Shown here piece by piece: positions 20,230-21,200 of a stretch of 21,200 nucleotides of DNA (its first letter is position 1; every line of letters begins with the position of its first letter). Both the position numbers and the translations under genes were made by a program. The notes below the pieces were generated by a model that saw nothing but the letters and a program-made list of their open reading frames with translations, did no database searches and was not told where the DNA came from. The DNA is from Octopus sinensis (taxonomy: Eukaryota). The stretch lies in assembly GCF_006345805.1 (NCBI RefSeq), contig NW_021823780.1, forward strand, positions 1 through 21,200, given 5' to 3'.

Positions 20230-20231
<2 letters not shown>

Positions 20232-20277
<46 letters not shown>

Positions 20278-20342
20278 CGTTTGAATTTTCGATTTTTCGA
20301 ATTCTCACTTCGTTCCGTCTCCTTCCTCCTGATCCGTTTTTA

Positions 20343-20393
<51 letters not shown>

Positions 20394-20619
20394 TATATAT
20401 ATATATTATTATGAATAATGGAGTATAAGATATACGTTCTAGGGTACGTGTCCGTTTCTAACTGAAATCATTTCTTACCGTTCGAGTTTCGTGCCACAGC
20501 GATCATCAGGCGTGAAAAATGAATCGCGAGAAACTAATTTCCGTTTCTAAAAAAATCTGACATATACAGTGTGTATGTATGTATGTGTGTATGTGTGTGT
20601 GTATGTATGTATGTATGTA

Positions 20620-20650
<31 letters not shown>

Positions 20651-20657
20651 ATATATG

Positions 20658-20699
<42 letters not shown>

Positions 20700-20720
20700 A
20701 ATACATGAAGACACATACAT
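20232..20720. repeat. (TA)n, (GTAT)n and (TATC)n tracts around short unique islands
   Basis: ta runs at 20234-20274 and 20348-20405, gtat run at 20574-20658, tatc run at 20659-20698. Confidence 0.85.
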
Positions 20721-20760
20721 ATGTACATATATAAGGTTGAATAAAGAAAAAAAAAAGAAA

Positions 20761-21010
20761 TGTTTCCTTCTCGAGCCATGCCAGGCTGTTAAGGGCCGGT
20801 ATCCCGGTTTCAGTGGCGTAGAAATTCAACACCTGGATGGGACGCCGGTCCGTCGCGGGATTACTCATACTTTTTGCCAGCTGAGTGGACTGGAGCAACG
20901 TGAAAGGAAATATTTTGCTCAAGAACACAACGCATCGCCCGGTCCAGGAATCGAAACCACAATCTTACGATCATGAGTCCAGCACTCTAACCACTAAGCC
21001 ACGCGCATCC
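20761..21010 (-). mobile_element. SINE family C, full length
   Basis: Minus: ggatgcgcgtggcttagtggttagag (A box) ... ggtttcgattcc (B box) ... gttcttgagcaa ... gcatggctcgagaaggaaaca. Confidence 0.88.
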
Positions 21011-21200
21011 ACAAGGATGAATAAAGGTATATTAATTATCATACAACGTAAATTCTTAAATTTACTGAGATCGTTTTCACTTCTGAAGAGGATAAACAAA
21101 ACAAATGCCTCGAAACAATTGCGACCGACTTGGAGAACACAGAAGATGATTTTCAAGAACAAAAAATATTCTTCGGAATTGACTTGCAAGTAACGAAACA

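Noticed and set aside
20930-21010. tRNA-Met gene (CAT in a loop, A and B boxes)
   Set aside because: The anticodon and acceptor stems do not pair and the sequence continues into the SINE-C body. The same holds for the A and B heads.

Overview
This is AT-rich, repeat-saturated eukaryotic DNA. The tRNA-headed SINE families and very dense compound microsatellites fit a coleoid cephalopod, probably Octopus (recalled resemblance, not a database hit). No intact protein-coding gene, RNA gene or CRISPR array is supported, and nearly all listed ORFs are translations of microsatellites. Supported content: three tRNA-derived SINE-like families (my labels A, B, C), a fourth unclassified dispersed repeat (D), a 5'-truncated dead R4/Dong-clade LINE (RLE endonuclease domain) in a TAA tract, a 517-bp TA-flanked pogo/Tc2-type MITE, two minisatellites and many simple repeats. 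Two or three short, phase-compatible candidate exons (+ strand) suggest the window may be intronic DNA of an unidentified gene. The most unusual signals concern family B. A tail-1 subfamily forms head-less concatemers joined at a fixed GGTA junction, every tail-1 3' end abuts another SINE, and a CpG-rich 28-bp minisatellite has expanded inside one B copy. I see no evidence for a novel protein-based system.
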